Source of the DNA: Myxococcota bacterium
GTDB lineage: Bacteria > Myxococcota_A > UBA9160 > SZUA-336
Direction: 5' to 3'
DNA length: 64,000 nt
Assembly: GCA_965247115.1 (NCBI GenBank)
Contig: CBDFGR010000002.1
Span: 1,728,001-1,792,000 of the forward strand
The notes beneath the pieces are model-generated. The model was not told the DNA's origin, did not search any database, and worked only from the letters and a program-made list of their open reading frames with translations. The translations under genes were made by a program, and so were the position numbers. Below, piece by piece: positions 50,314 through 59,585 of this stretch (position 1 is its first letter; each line of letters opens with the position of its first letter).

Positions 50314-51531
50314 TCAGGCCGGAACCAGCTCGATACCTAGGCTCTTGGGTTCGCGCAGGATGAAGCTCGGGGTCCGCGCTGGGGGCTCTGCATCGCTGCG
50401 CTCGAAGCTCTCCGTCCGATCCAGGAGCGCCTCCAGTCCGATGCGTGCCTCGAGCCGCGCGAGGTTGGCGCCAAGGCAGAAGTGGTTGCCGAAGCCGAAC
50501 GACAGGTGGCGGTTCGGGTCCCGCGAGATGTCGAAGCGTGCGGAGTCATGAAACACGTTCTCGTCATGGTTCGCGGAGCCGATCCAGAGGATCACGGTCT
50601 CGTTCTTCTCGATCTGCTCGCCGCGCAGCTCTCGGGGAGTGGTCGCGCGTCGGGCGGTGGCTTGAACGGGAGAGTCGAAGCGCAGCACTTCCTCGATAGC
50701 GCTCGGGAGCAGAGTGCGGTTTCGGCGCAGCCGCTCGAGCTCGTCCCTGTGTGCCAGCAGCTGCAGCACCGCGTTGCCGATCAAGTTCGTCGTCGTCTCG
50801 TTGCCGGCGATGAGTAGCAGGTTCAGCATGGCCAGCATCTCGGTGCGCGACAGCTTGTCGCCCTCGAGCTCTGCCTGCACGAGACCGCTGAGCAGGTCGT
50901 CGCTCGGCTCTCTGCGGCGCTGCTCGATGAGCTCGCTGAAATAGGCGTCCATCTCACGTGCGGCCGTCACGCGCACTCTGGCTCGGTCTGGATCGACAGG
51001 CATGCCGCCGATACCCTCGCCGAGATTCTCGACTGCGACGTTGGACCAGGCGCGGAACTGCGCGTGGTCCTCGCCGGGGATACCGATCATCTCCGCGATC
51101 ACGATCACGGGCAACGGGTAGGTGAGGGCCTCGACGATGTCGACGCTGCGCTTCTCGAGAGCGGCGTCCATCAGCTCGCCTGCGATGCGTCGGATGCGCG
51201 GCTCGAGCTGTCGGATCATCCGCGGCGTAAAGGCCTGGTTGACGAGTCCGCGCAGGCGCGTGTGCCGCGGTGGGTCCTGTCCGAGCATGCTCTGCTCTTC
51301 CGGCTCGACCGGCAGCCCGAGCTCGGCGGCATTCGGCGGTGGCAGGTTGACCGCGGACCAGCTAGCCGGGTCTCTGAAGATCGGCAGCATGTCCTCGTAG
51401 CGGAACGCCGAGAGCATCGGGAGGGTCCCGTGTCGGAAGACCCGATGCTCGGCTCGCCCTCTCGCGTAAGTCGGCACCGGATCCCGGACGAAGTCGGGGT
51501 CGAAGGGGTTCAGCTGGAAGGGGTCGGCCAT
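50314..51531 (-). CDS. Cytochrome P450
   Basis: DPPRHTRLR, AGNETT, EEVLR, FGFGNHFCLG heme motif; start set at ATG 51531. Confidence 0.96.
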   Translation of the reverse strand: MADPFQLNPFDPDFVRDPVPTYARGRAEHRVFRHGTLPMLSAFRYEDMLPIFRDPASWSAVNLPPPNAAELGLPVEPEEQSMLGQDPPRHTRLRGLVNQAFTPRMIRQLEPRIRRIAGELMDAALEKRSVDIVEALTYPLPVIVIAEMIGIPGEDHAQFRAWSNVAVENLGEGIGGMPVDPDRARVRVTAAREMDAYFSELIEQRRREPSDDLLSGLVQAELEGDKLSRTEMLAMLNLLLIAGNETTTNLIGNAVLQLLAHRDELERLRRNRTLLPSAIEEVLRFDSPVQATARRATTPRELRGEQIEKNETVILWIGSANHDENVFHDSARFDISRDPNRHLSFGFGNHFCLGANLARLEARIGLEALLDRTESFERSDAEPPARTPSFILREPKSLGIELVPA

Positions 51532-51532
51532 G

Positions 51533-52747
51533 TCAATCCAGGCTGAACTCCCGCTTCTCTCCGTCGAGGTACTGCAGGGCGATTGCGGCGTGGAGGGCGA
51601 TGCCGTGCTGCATGCCGTCCTCGTCCAGCACCATGCGGTTCGAGTGGCAGGGGGCGGGATCCGGGATGTCGGGCTGCACGCCGAGGAAGGCCATCGTCCC
51701 CGGCACCTCCTGGAGCACATAGGACCAGTCCTCCGCACCCATGGCGGGGTTCGGGGACTCGAGCACGTGCTCCGGCCCCAGCAGCTCTCGCGCGGTGTTC
51801 AAAGCGAAGTGCGTGAACTCGTCGTGATTCACGGTGACGGGGTAGCCGAGGCGGAGGTCTACCTTGGCCTCCAGACCGTGGGCAAGAGCGATGCCCTTGG
51901 CGACCCTCTCGAGGCCGTCGTGGACGATCTTGCGGGCACTCTCCGAGACGGCTCGGATCGTTCCTCCGAGCACCGCACTCTCCGGAATCACGTTCCACGT
52001 CGTGCCAGACTCGATCTTGGCCACTGTCAGCACCGCCGGATTGAAGGCGTCAACACGCCGGGTTACCAGGGTCTGCAGCGCAGACACGATCTCACATGCC
52101 ACCGGGATGGGATCGACCGCGTGGTGCGGCATGGAGGCGTGGCCCCCCTTTCCGAGCACCTCCACCTCGAACTGGTCCGCTGAGGCCAGCATCGGTCCGG
52201 GTCTGCTGGCGACCACGCCTACCGGGATCAGCGGGAAGATGTGCAGCGCGAAGGCGGCGTCGACCTTCGGATCATCCTCAAGGAGCCCTTCCTCGATCAT
52301 GTACTTGGCGCCGTGATGTCCCTCCTCACCGGGCTGGAACATGAACTTCACGGTGCCCGAGAGCTGGTCGCGTCGGGCCTCAAGGAGCCGGGCTGCGCCG
52401 GCCAGCATCGCCACGTGCGAGTCGTGTCCGCAGGCGTGCATGGCCCCGGCAACCTTCGACTTGAACTCCAGGTCGGTGTCCTCGGGCATTGGCAGCGCGT
52501 CCATATCGCCGCGCAGCAACAGCGTCGGCCCGGGAGTGCCACCGCGCAGCGTCGCCACGATGCCGCTCGTGGTCGTGCACTCCGCGATTTCCAGATCCAG
52601 GCCGTGGAGCGCATCCAGCACGGCCAGCTTGGTCTCCGGCAAGTCGAGTCCGAGCTCTGGGTGCGTGTGCAGGCGTCGACGCAGGGTCACGGCGTCGGGC
52701 AGAAGACGAGCGGCCTCCTCGAAGAGCTCCTTGCGCGGCAGTCCCAT
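51533..52747 (-). CDS. M20 family amidohydrolase (hippuricase-like)
   Basis: HTHPELG, RGDMDALP, MHACGHD, FQPGEEG, GGHASMPH, GAEDW; AAGGAGG before ATG 52747. Confidence 0.94.
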   Translation of the reverse strand: MGLPRKELFEEAARLLPDAVTLRRRLHTHPELGLDLPETKLAVLDALHGLDLEIAECTTTSGIVATLRGGTPGPTLLLRGDMDALPMPEDTDLEFKSKVAGAMHACGHDSHVAMLAGAARLLEARRDQLSGTVKFMFQPGEEGHHGAKYMIEEGLLEDDPKVDAAFALHIFPLIPVGVVASRPGPMLASADQFEVEVLGKGGHASMPHHAVDPIPVACEIVSALQTLVTRRVDAFNPAVLTVAKIESGTTWNVIPESAVLGGTIRAVSESARKIVHDGLERVAKGIALAHGLEAKVDLRLGYPVTVNHDEFTHFALNTARELLGPEHVLESPNPAMGAEDWSYVLQEVPGTMAFLGVQPDIPDPAPCHSNRMVLDEDGMQHGIALHAAIALQYLDGEKREFSLD

Positions 52748-52811
52748 CGGTACCTCCTTGTCTATCCCCATTCTAGGTGCTCTTGCGAGTCGTCGCGTCG
52801 CTATCCGGCTA

Positions 52812-52949
52812 GGGACGGTCCTTAATCAGAACTTATTCCGCATGACACGACCGCAGCGACGCCTAGATGAACGAATGCGCCCAAGAATCCCGCTGCAGTG
52901 ACCAGAAGTTCCGACTTCGGCCAAACAAGTTCGGATTAAGGACCGTCCC
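52812..52949. repeat. Inverted doublet of motif R2 (REPIN-like)
   Basis: gggacggtccttaatcagaactt (52812-52834) and aagttcggattaaggaccgtccc (52927-52949), 22/23 inverted match. Confidence 0.85.
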
Positions 52950-53107
52950 CAAGTTCAGATTCCAAGCTCAGATTCCGTGCAGAACCGGCAACACCCTACG
53001 AGGCTTGGCAACCATGCAAGCGCCGCGGAAGCGGCGCGCGCAGCGAAGGGCGAAGCCCTGAGCGGAGGTGGGTGGCCGCGGCCGCCCGCGGCCGGGTCCC
53101 ACAAGAC
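52899..53107 (-). repeat. Repeat R1 copy D (53002-53107) plus the extension shared with 29324-29557
   Basis: Core near-identical to copy C; shared tail ..gttgccggttct.cacggaatc..gaacttggggacggtccttaatccgaactt..cgaagtcgga.cttctggtca. Confidence 0.92.
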
Positions 53108-53112
53108 CTGAG

Positions 53113-53787
53113 TCATGCCGAGATGCGACCGGGCTTGGTCCCCATGAGTAGGAAGTAGCGGCCGAGCGCGCCGTCACCCTGCTGGCAGCGGATGTCGTGG
53201 AAGCCTGCGGCGCGCAGCAGGTCCTCGAGCTCTCGAGGCTCGAAGGTTCGGAACCCGTGTTGTACCCACGGCATTCGCTGCATTGTCCGCTTGTCGCCGA
53301 TGCCCAGCACCAGCATCCCCCCGGGCATGAGAACGCGCGCGATCTCCTCGAGTCCGCGGAGCGGGTCCTCCCAGAAGTAGACCGTGTTGATGGCCAGGGC
53401 GCGGTCGAAGCTCGCGTCGTCCACCGGGATCCGTGCCACACTCGCGCTGCTCACCTCGATCCGCCCCGCTGCGATCGCGCGCCGAAAGCGAACCCGCGCG
53501 GCCTGGACCATCGTGTCCGAGATCTCGATTCCTGCCGCGAGACCGGTGGGAACGAGCTCGTGCAGGGCTTCCAGGGTGCCGCCACCGCCAAAGCCGATCT
53601 CGAGCACGCGGTGACCGGGATCCAGGTCCAGCAGCTTCAGGGCTCTCTCCTTCGTCTCGAGAGCGGCCCGGTTGAGCAAGAACCCAACGGCCCGACCTGC
53701 CAATCCCGTGGGGTTTCCCAGCTGCCGGGCGAACGCTTCCGGGAACAGGCGTCCAAGCCACAGGATGATGCGCGAGATCCGGTCCAT
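53113..53787 (-). CDS. Class I SAM-dependent methyltransferase
   Basis: VLEIGFGGG, GIEISDTMV, FDRALAINTVYFW, RVLMPGG; start set at ATG 53787. Confidence 0.9.
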   Translation of the reverse strand: MDRISRIILWLGRLFPEAFARQLGNPTGLAGRAVGFLLNRAALETKERALKLLDLDPGHRVLEIGFGGGGTLEALHELVPTGLAAGIEISDTMVQAARVRFRRAIAAGRIEVSSASVARIPVDDASFDRALAINTVYFWEDPLRGLEEIARVLMPGGMLVLGIGDKRTMQRMPWVQHGFRTFEPRELEDLLRAAGFHDIRCQQGDGALGRYFLLMGTKPGRISA

Positions 53788-53789
53788 GG

Positions 53790-54491
53790 TTACCTCGTTC
53801 GTGAGCCCTGGCCTCGACCCCAGCCAGACGCGACGCGGTCCGCGCGACGGGTTGGCTCCGGCAGGCGGAAGCGAGGCGCGCAGCCAAGCACGTACTCGAT
53901 CGCGGTCTCGAGGCTGATGCGGTGGCCGATCGAGACGTACACGGGACTCACTCTCGCACGCGTGCGCAGCACCGCCCCGATCACCTCGCCATCGTCGCGG
54001 AGGGGGACCCAGCGACCGCGCTCGGGAGACAGCTCGTCGTGCGTTCCGACCAGGAGCGACTTTGCGACCCCGATCGTCGGCAGGTCGGCGAGCACACCCA
54101 GGTGCGAGGCCAGGCCGAAGCGGCGCGGATGCGCGAGGCCGTGGCCGTCGCACAGGAGCAGGTCGGGCATGACGCGGAGCTTCGACAGAGCCTCCAGCGC
54201 AGCTGGCGTTTCGCGGAAGGAGAGATAGCCAGGCACGTAGGGAAAGAGTGTCTGGCCTCGGGCGACGGCGTACTCGAGTGGGTCCAGCTCCGGGAAGGTC
54301 AGGCATGCCACCGCCGCGCGCATTGTGCCCTCCGACTTCCGGTACGAGGCGTCCACTCCCGCGACGCTGCGTACCGCAGGCAGTCTGTCCTCTCGGATTA
54401 CCCGATCTCGCAGAGATTCCTGTACCGCACGAGCCTCGACTATCTCGGTCGGCCAGTCTTCATCCGCCGGCGGGCGGAGCGTCGAAGTCAT
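53790..54491 (-). CDS. nfi: Endonuclease V (deoxyinosine 3'-endonuclease)
   Basis: VAGVDASY, FPYVPGYLSFRE, DGHGLAHPRRFGLASHLG, IGVAKS, YVSIGH, PEPTRRAD. Confidence 0.96.
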   Translation of the reverse strand: MTSTLRPPADEDWPTEIVEARAVQESLRDRVIREDRLPAVRSVAGVDASYRKSEGTMRAAVACLTFPELDPLEYAVARGQTLFPYVPGYLSFRETPAALEALSKLRVMPDLLLCDGHGLAHPRRFGLASHLGVLADLPTIGVAKSLLVGTHDELSPERGRWVPLRDDGEVIGAVLRTRARVSPVYVSIGHRISLETAIEYVLGCAPRFRLPEPTRRADRVASGWGRGQGSRTR

Positions 54492-55050
54492 CGAAGCTCA
54501 CCTCGCCGGAGCGGGTGTCGAGCACGGCGTAGGAGAGATGGCGCCCGGCGCCGTTGTCGGTGGGCACTCCCGCGGATCCCGGGTTGACCACCAGGGTGTC
54601 GTCGATCTGGCGGGCGAGCCGGGTGTGCGTGTGGCCGTAGATCGCGAAGTCCGCATCGAGGTCGCCCAGGCGGCCGAGCTCGCGATCGTGCGGGTACAGG
54701 TACTCCCCGTAGGGCTCCCACGGTGTGGAGTGGAACATGAACAGCGTCTTTCCGTCGACACGAGTGCGGATTGTGCGGGGCTGCTCGCGTGCCCACTCGA
54801 GCAAGTTCCCGTCCACGTAGTCGCGCTCCTGCGCACGTACTCCCTGCGGGCTCAGGAGCACCTCCTCGTGGTTGCCAAGGATGTAGCGCGCACCGATTTC
54901 GCGCAGGCGTGCCACGACCTCGTTCGAGAAGCGGTACTGGTCGAACGCATCCCCCGCACAGAGAATCTCGTCTACCGCCCCCATCCTCTCGAGAGCAAGA
55001 TTCAGACCTTCGATGTTTCCGTGTAGATCCGAGACGATCCCGATGCGCAT
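54460..55050 (-). CDS. Metallophosphoesterase family protein
   Basis: SDLHGN, CAGD, GNHE, YGHTH, NPGSAG. Confidence 0.92.
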   Translation of the reverse strand: MRIGIVSDLHGNIEGLNLALERMGAVDEILCAGDAFDQYRFSNEVVARLREIGARYILGNHEEVLLSPQGVRAQERDYVDGNLLEWAREQPRTIRTRVDGKTLFMFHSTPWEPYGEYLYPHDRELGRLGDLDADFAIYGHTHTRLARQIDDTLVVNPGSAGVPTDNGAGRHLSYAVLDTRSGEVSFDDFDAPPAGG

Positions 55051-55098
55051 TTGTACCCCGACGGCGGATCCTACTACGCGAGCCTGCTCGCGGCCACG

Positions 55099-55470
55099 TC
55101 AGGCCCCCTCGCCGTCCATCGCGGAGCACACCTCGTCGAGCACCCGATTCGCGCTCACGGCGACCGGCCAGCCGGCGTAGTGGGCAATGTGGGTGATCAG
55201 CTCCTCGAGCTTCTCGCGCGAGTGTCCCACGTTGCGGGCTCCGCGGAAGTGCAGGCGCTGCTCCGGTTCGCGTCCGAGCGCGATCAGCACCGCGCAGGTA
55301 ATCAGCGAGCGCTCCTCGATTCCGAGTCCGGGTCGTTGCCAGACGTCCCCGAATAGGTGCTCCATCGTATAGGTACGTAGTCCCTCCGGCAGCTGCGTTC
55401 CCGGCGCCGCTCCCTTGAAGAGCTTTCGGGTCACGGCGACTCCCTTCTCAAAACGGGTCTCTGCCATCAC
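55099..55470 (-). CDS. Carboxymuconolactone decarboxylase family protein
   Basis: FGDVWQRPGL..ERSLIT, H...A..VG, YAGWP. Confidence 0.88.
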   Translation of the reverse strand: MMAETRFEKGVAVTRKLFKGAAPGTQLPEGLRTYTMEHLFGDVWQRPGLGIEERSLITCAVLIALGREPEQRLHFRGARNVGHSREKLEELITHIAHYAGWPVAVSANRVLDEVCSAMDGEGA

Positions 55471-55503
55471 TGGTCCTCCTTCATGGATGAATAACGTGCA
55501 GGG

Positions 55504-56403
55504 TCATTTCTTCATGGCGCCGCGTACCACGGTGCCAGTCTGCTCTTCGAGCGCGCGAACAGTCGAGAGGATGTCTTCCGAGTCGTAGCCTGTCTGGCGA
55601 TAGCGCTCTATCAGTGACTCGGTCGTGGCTCCCAGCGTGAGCGGTACGCCGAGCTCCGCGGCCAGCTCCGTCGCGAGCCCGATGTCCTTGCGGGCCAGCT
55701 CTACGGTGAAGCTCGGAGGAGAGAGCCGGTCGAGCAGCACGGCACGCATGCCGCGCTCCCAGCCAAAGCTGTTCCCGCTGCTCGCCTTGACGACCTCCCA
55801 CAGCAGCTCCGGGTCGACGCCCGCCCGCGCGCCAAGCACGAGCGCCTCCTGTGCGCCCATCATGTTGATGAACGCGAGCATGTTGTTGACGAGCTTTGCC
55901 ACGTTCCCCGCTCCTACATCGCCTACACGGAACACGTTCGAGCCGATTGCTCGAAGCAGCGGCTTGCAGCGCTCATAGGTCTCGAGGTCCCCGCCGACCA
56001 TGACGGCGAGCGTCCCGCGACGTGCCCCGCCAACACCACCACTCACCGGTGCATCCAGGAACTCGATCCCCCGCTCGCGCGTGGACTCCGCGAGCCGCCG
56101 CACGACACTGGGCGAGTTCGTCGTCATGTCGACGACGACGCCGCCGCGTTCGAGGCCCTCGAGCACGCCCTTCTTGCCCAGCACGACCTGCTCTACGTCT
56201 GCCGGCTTTGGCAGCGAGAGAAAGACCGCGGCTGCTCCCTGAGCGGCCTCCATCGGACTCTCGACGCGCTGTGCACCGGCCTCTTCGAGGCTCGTTGTTG
56301 CCTCCGCGCGCTGGTCATGGACCTGAAGCGCGTGTCCCGCTTCGATCAGGTGCAGTGCCATGGGGTTGCCCATGTTGCCGGTGCCGATGAATCCGAGTTG
56401 CAT
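55504..56403 (-). CDS. NAD(P)-dependent oxidoreductase, 3-hydroxyisobutyrate dehydrogenase family
   Basis: GFIGTGNMG, DAPVSGG, KLVNNM, KDIGLA; start set at ATG 56403. Confidence 0.92.
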   Translation of the reverse strand: MQLGFIGTGNMGNPMALHLIEAGHALQVHDQRAEATTSLEEAGAQRVESPMEAAQGAAAVFLSLPKPADVEQVVLGKKGVLEGLERGGVVVDMTTNSPSVVRRLAESTRERGIEFLDAPVSGGVGGARRGTLAVMVGGDLETYERCKPLLRAIGSNVFRVGDVGAGNVAKLVNNMLAFINMMGAQEALVLGARAGVDPELLWEVVKASSGNSFGWERGMRAVLLDRLSPPSFTVELARKDIGLATELAAELGVPLTLGATTESLIERYRQTGYDSEDILSTVRALEEQTGTVVRGAMKK

Positions 56404-56539
56404 CACGTGTCCTCCGCTGCCAATCGAGGTGAGCTTACCACCGACGCGACGCGTGTATCTGGCGAGTAGGATCGGCCCCAAGTGGCCAGTTTTGGTCGGG
56501 CACGATCAGCTATGCTTGGCCGCTCGAACAGGAGAACAC

Positions 56540-57565
56540 ATGAGCGACGCAACTCTCGAACTCCACGATCTCAAATCCACGATTCGCGGTGAGGAGGTAC
56601 CCGCCGCCGTCGTCCTGCCGCCGGGCTACGATCGCAACGGTGAGCCGCTTCCTCTGATCATTTCACTGCACGGGGGAGGGGATAGCCGGGAACACATCGT
56701 CGAATTCTTCCCCCTGTTCCAGCGCATGTTCGACGAGCAGGTCTTGCCACCTCTCGTGATCGTCGGCTTTTCTTCGGGTCCGGGGAGCTGGTATGGGGGC
56801 ACCTGGGAGGAGTTCGTCACCGACGAGCTCCCGCGCTGGATGCACGAGTGCTACGGAACTCTCCTCGAGAGGAGCGGTACCGTCCTCACGGGAATCTCGA
56901 TGGGCGGCTACGGAACGCTCAAGATCGCCTTCAAGTACCCCGAGCGGTTTCGCGCCATCGCCGCCATGGAACCCGCCATCGAGCCCGCCCTGACCCGCAT
57001 GCCAGACCACCGGCGAAACACCTGGTACCGCATGCCTGCTATGGAGGCCTCGGTCTGGGGCGATCCGCTCGACGAAGCGGCCTGGCTCGCCGACAACCCG
57101 GCGACCGTGCTTCGCAACAACGCGGAGGCCGTTCGAGCGAGCGGACTCGAGATCTACCTGGAGGTCGGGGATCAGGACTACATCAACTTGCACGATGGCG
57201 CCGAGTTCATGCACCGAGTTCTGTGGGATCACGACATCCGCCACGAGTACCACCTGGTGCGGTGGGCCGACCACGTCGGGCTCAGTCTGGGACGACGGTT
57301 CATGGAAGCGTTCCGCTTCCTCGGCGGGGCGCTGGTCGGGGGCCGCGCCGAGCGCATCGATCTACAACTCACCGAGAAGGAGCAGGCCCAGTTGAGCTGG
57401 ATAGCAGGCGGGATGGTGGGAGATCCGCCGAGTGGTGAGAGTCTGCTGGCCGATCCCGCGCGGGCCCCGTCTGTCCACGCCGGGATCTGGGACACGCTCC
57501 GGGCGAGTGCCAGGGATGATCAAAGCATGGCGCGCAACTACGCCGAGCTCCCGCCCACGAAGTAG
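56540..57565 (+). CDS. Esterase (alpha/beta hydrolase, FrmB/Fes-like)
   Basis: VVLPPGY, SLHGGG, TGISMGGYG, VGDQD, ADH; AGGAGA before ATG 56540. Confidence 0.88.
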   Translation: MSDATLELHDLKSTIRGEEVPAAVVLPPGYDRNGEPLPLIISLHGGGDSREHIVEFFPLFQRMFDEQVLPPLVIVGFSSGPGSWYGGTWEEFVTDELPRWMHECYGTLLERSGTVLTGISMGGYGTLKIAFKYPERFRAIAAMEPAIEPALTRMPDHRRNTWYRMPAMEASVWGDPLDEAAWLADNPATVLRNNAEAVRASGLEIYLEVGDQDYINLHDGAEFMHRVLWDHDIRHEYHLVRWADHVGLSLGRRFMEAFRFLGGALVGGRAERIDLQLTEKEQAQLSWIAGGMVGDPPSGESLLADPARAPSVHAGIWDTLRASARDDQSMARNYAELPPTK

Positions 57566-57578
57566 AAACAGAGCTTGT

Positions 57579-58457
57579 TCAGATCTTGGCGTAGGCGCGC
57601 AGGGTGGAGAGGGCGTCGAGGGTCCAGCGGCCTCGCCATTCCAAGGCGGCAGCCGGACTCGGGGGCTCGAAGGAGATTGGCCAGCCGCCGTCTTCCTGCT
57701 GCTGTGACAGGAGATGCTCGAGGTGCGCCTCGAGTAGCTCGTCGGGAAACGCGTGACGTCCCACAGCATCGGGCATCGGGCACAGCTGAAGTGGCGTGAG
57801 TCCGTAGCCGGGGGCCCCTGGCTCCGCCAGGTAGAAGGAGGCGTTCGCCACCTGGGCTGCCAGTCCCTCCGCGAGCTTGTGCGCGCGAGCGGGGTCCGGC
57901 GCATGCTCGAGGAAGGTCAGTGCCGCGGCGATCTCGTGAGCATCCCCGATCGGCTCCTCGACACGGACCCAGCACCACTGGGTTGCGCGCGCAAGCCATG
58001 CATGCTTGATGCCCTGCTCGTGAAGCAGTCCGACCAGAGCGCCGGTCGGGTTGATCGAGTTTTCGCCAAACGCACCCTGCTCCCAGTGCGACGCGTGCGG
58101 ATAATCCAGAACTGTCGGAAGCACGATCGGAACACGCCCGCTGTCCTCGGCGACGGATGTCAGAAAGTCGCACGAGCCCAGCGCGAGATCCGGGTCCAAG
58201 ACGCCGGCGGCGTTGAGCGCGCGTAGCGCGAGCTCGGTATGAAGCGGCATGCTGTCGGGAGCGCGCACGTCGGGCTCCAGAGCGTGACCGAAGCCGCCGT
58301 CGAGGTTGCGATAGGCGCGTAGCGCGGAGAGGATGGCCTGCGAGGACCCGCGTCCGAACAGGTGCGCAAACAGGCTGCGCTCGAGCAGCCGCGCGTTGCG
58401 CCACATGAAGTCCTCCGCTCGCTCGAGGCACTTCCCGGTAGCCGGCTCGGGGCTCAC
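57579..58457 (-). CDS. Conserved hypothetical protein with prenyltransferase/QW-like repeats
   Basis: YRNLDGGFGHALEPD and QQEDGGWP motifs; start uncertain. Confidence 0.7.
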   Translation of the reverse strand: MSPEPATGKCLERAEDFMWRNARLLERSLFAHLFGRGSSQAILSALRAYRNLDGGFGHALEPDVRAPDSMPLHTELALRALNAAGVLDPDLALGSCDFLTSVAEDSGRVPIVLPTVLDYPHASHWEQGAFGENSINPTGALVGLLHEQGIKHAWLARATQWCWVRVEEPIGDAHEIAAALTFLEHAPDPARAHKLAEGLAAQVANASFYLAEPGAPGYGLTPLQLCPMPDAVGRHAFPDELLEAHLEHLLSQQQEDGGWPISFEPPSPAAALEWRGRWTLDALSTLRAYAKI

Positions 58458-58668
58458 GTGACGAGTCTCGCCCACCCGCACACGCAGGTAAAGTACTCTC
58501 CGCAGCCGGGTCGGAGTGAATGAGCGCGACTGCAAGCCTCCTTGCTGGAGAGGGCGAGATCCAGACGGGCGCCGTCGTCGAGCCGCCGATACCGGCGTGC
58601 CTGCTGGTCGTCACCATACCCGCCTGAGCGCGCTTCCAATTTGCGCACTTCTGGGCCACCCTACGGCC

Positions 58669-59520
58669 ATGCAGACCCAACCGGCGCAGCTCACGAGGCT
58701 CGGGGCGGATACCCCCGTGTCAGAGATCCTGGCCGTCATCGAGCGAGATGGGGGCGTGATCGTCCACAACTTCCTCGAGCCGGACCTGATGAAACGTCTC
58801 AACTCCGAGCTCGACTCCCAACTCGACGCCACTCCTCCGGGAAGCCGAAGCGAGAAGCAGCTCTGGCAGGTCTTCCACGGTCGTAACACCAAACGCATCT
58901 GCGGGTTGACGGCACGCTGCCCTTCCTTCGTCGAGGTACTCACGCACCCCACGCTGCTTGAATACGCGGACACGCTGTTGCTACCAAACTGCGGCAGCTA
59001 CTGGCTGAACACGAGCCAGATGATGGTGGTTGGGCCGGGTGAGCCCGCTCAGATGATGCACCGCGACGACGCCAACTGGCCGCACTTCCCCTGGCCCCAC
59101 TTTGAGCTGACCGTCAGCTCGCTCTTTGCCCTGAGCGACTTCACCGAGGAGAACGGTGCGACCTGGGTCGTGCCCGGTAGCAACCGCTGGGAAGACGAGT
59201 CCCGCGGCCCGCAGCTCCACGAGATCGCGAAAGCCAGCATGCCCGCCGGCTCGGTGCTGCTCTACTCAGGGAAGGTCCTTCACGGCGCCGGAGTGAACTC
59301 CACCGCAGCCGAATGGCGCCGAGGCATGCACGTGAGCTACGTCATGGGCTGGCTACGCCCGGAAGAGCACCATTTCCTCCAGGTGCCGCTCGAGGTGGCT
59401 CGAACCCTTCCGGAGCGCGTCCGGCAGCTGCTGGGCTACTCGTCCTACCGCCCGTCGGGCATGGGTGGCCGTCTCAGTCTCGTCGACTTCGACGAAGCGG
59501 TCGTGGAGCCTGCGCCCTAG
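58669..59520 (+). CDS. Phytanoyl-CoA dioxygenase (PhyH) family Fe(II)/2OG dioxygenase
   Basis: HRDD (HxD), DFTEENGAT.VVPGS, LHGAG.N; start set at ATG 58669. Confidence 0.92.
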   Translation: MQTQPAQLTRLGADTPVSEILAVIERDGGVIVHNFLEPDLMKRLNSELDSQLDATPPGSRSEKQLWQVFHGRNTKRICGLTARCPSFVEVLTHPTLLEYADTLLLPNCGSYWLNTSQMMVVGPGEPAQMMHRDDANWPHFPWPHFELTVSSLFALSDFTEENGATWVVPGSNRWEDESRGPQLHEIAKASMPAGSVLLYSGKVLHGAGVNSTAAEWRRGMHVSYVMGWLRPEEHHFLQVPLEVARTLPERVRQLLGYSSYRPSGMGGRLSLVDFDEAVVEPAP

Positions 59521-59585
59521 CTGAGTCGCAACACCTCACGCCCGCACCCTCGAGCGGGTCGCGCGCGTTGCCAGCAAGACAGTCT

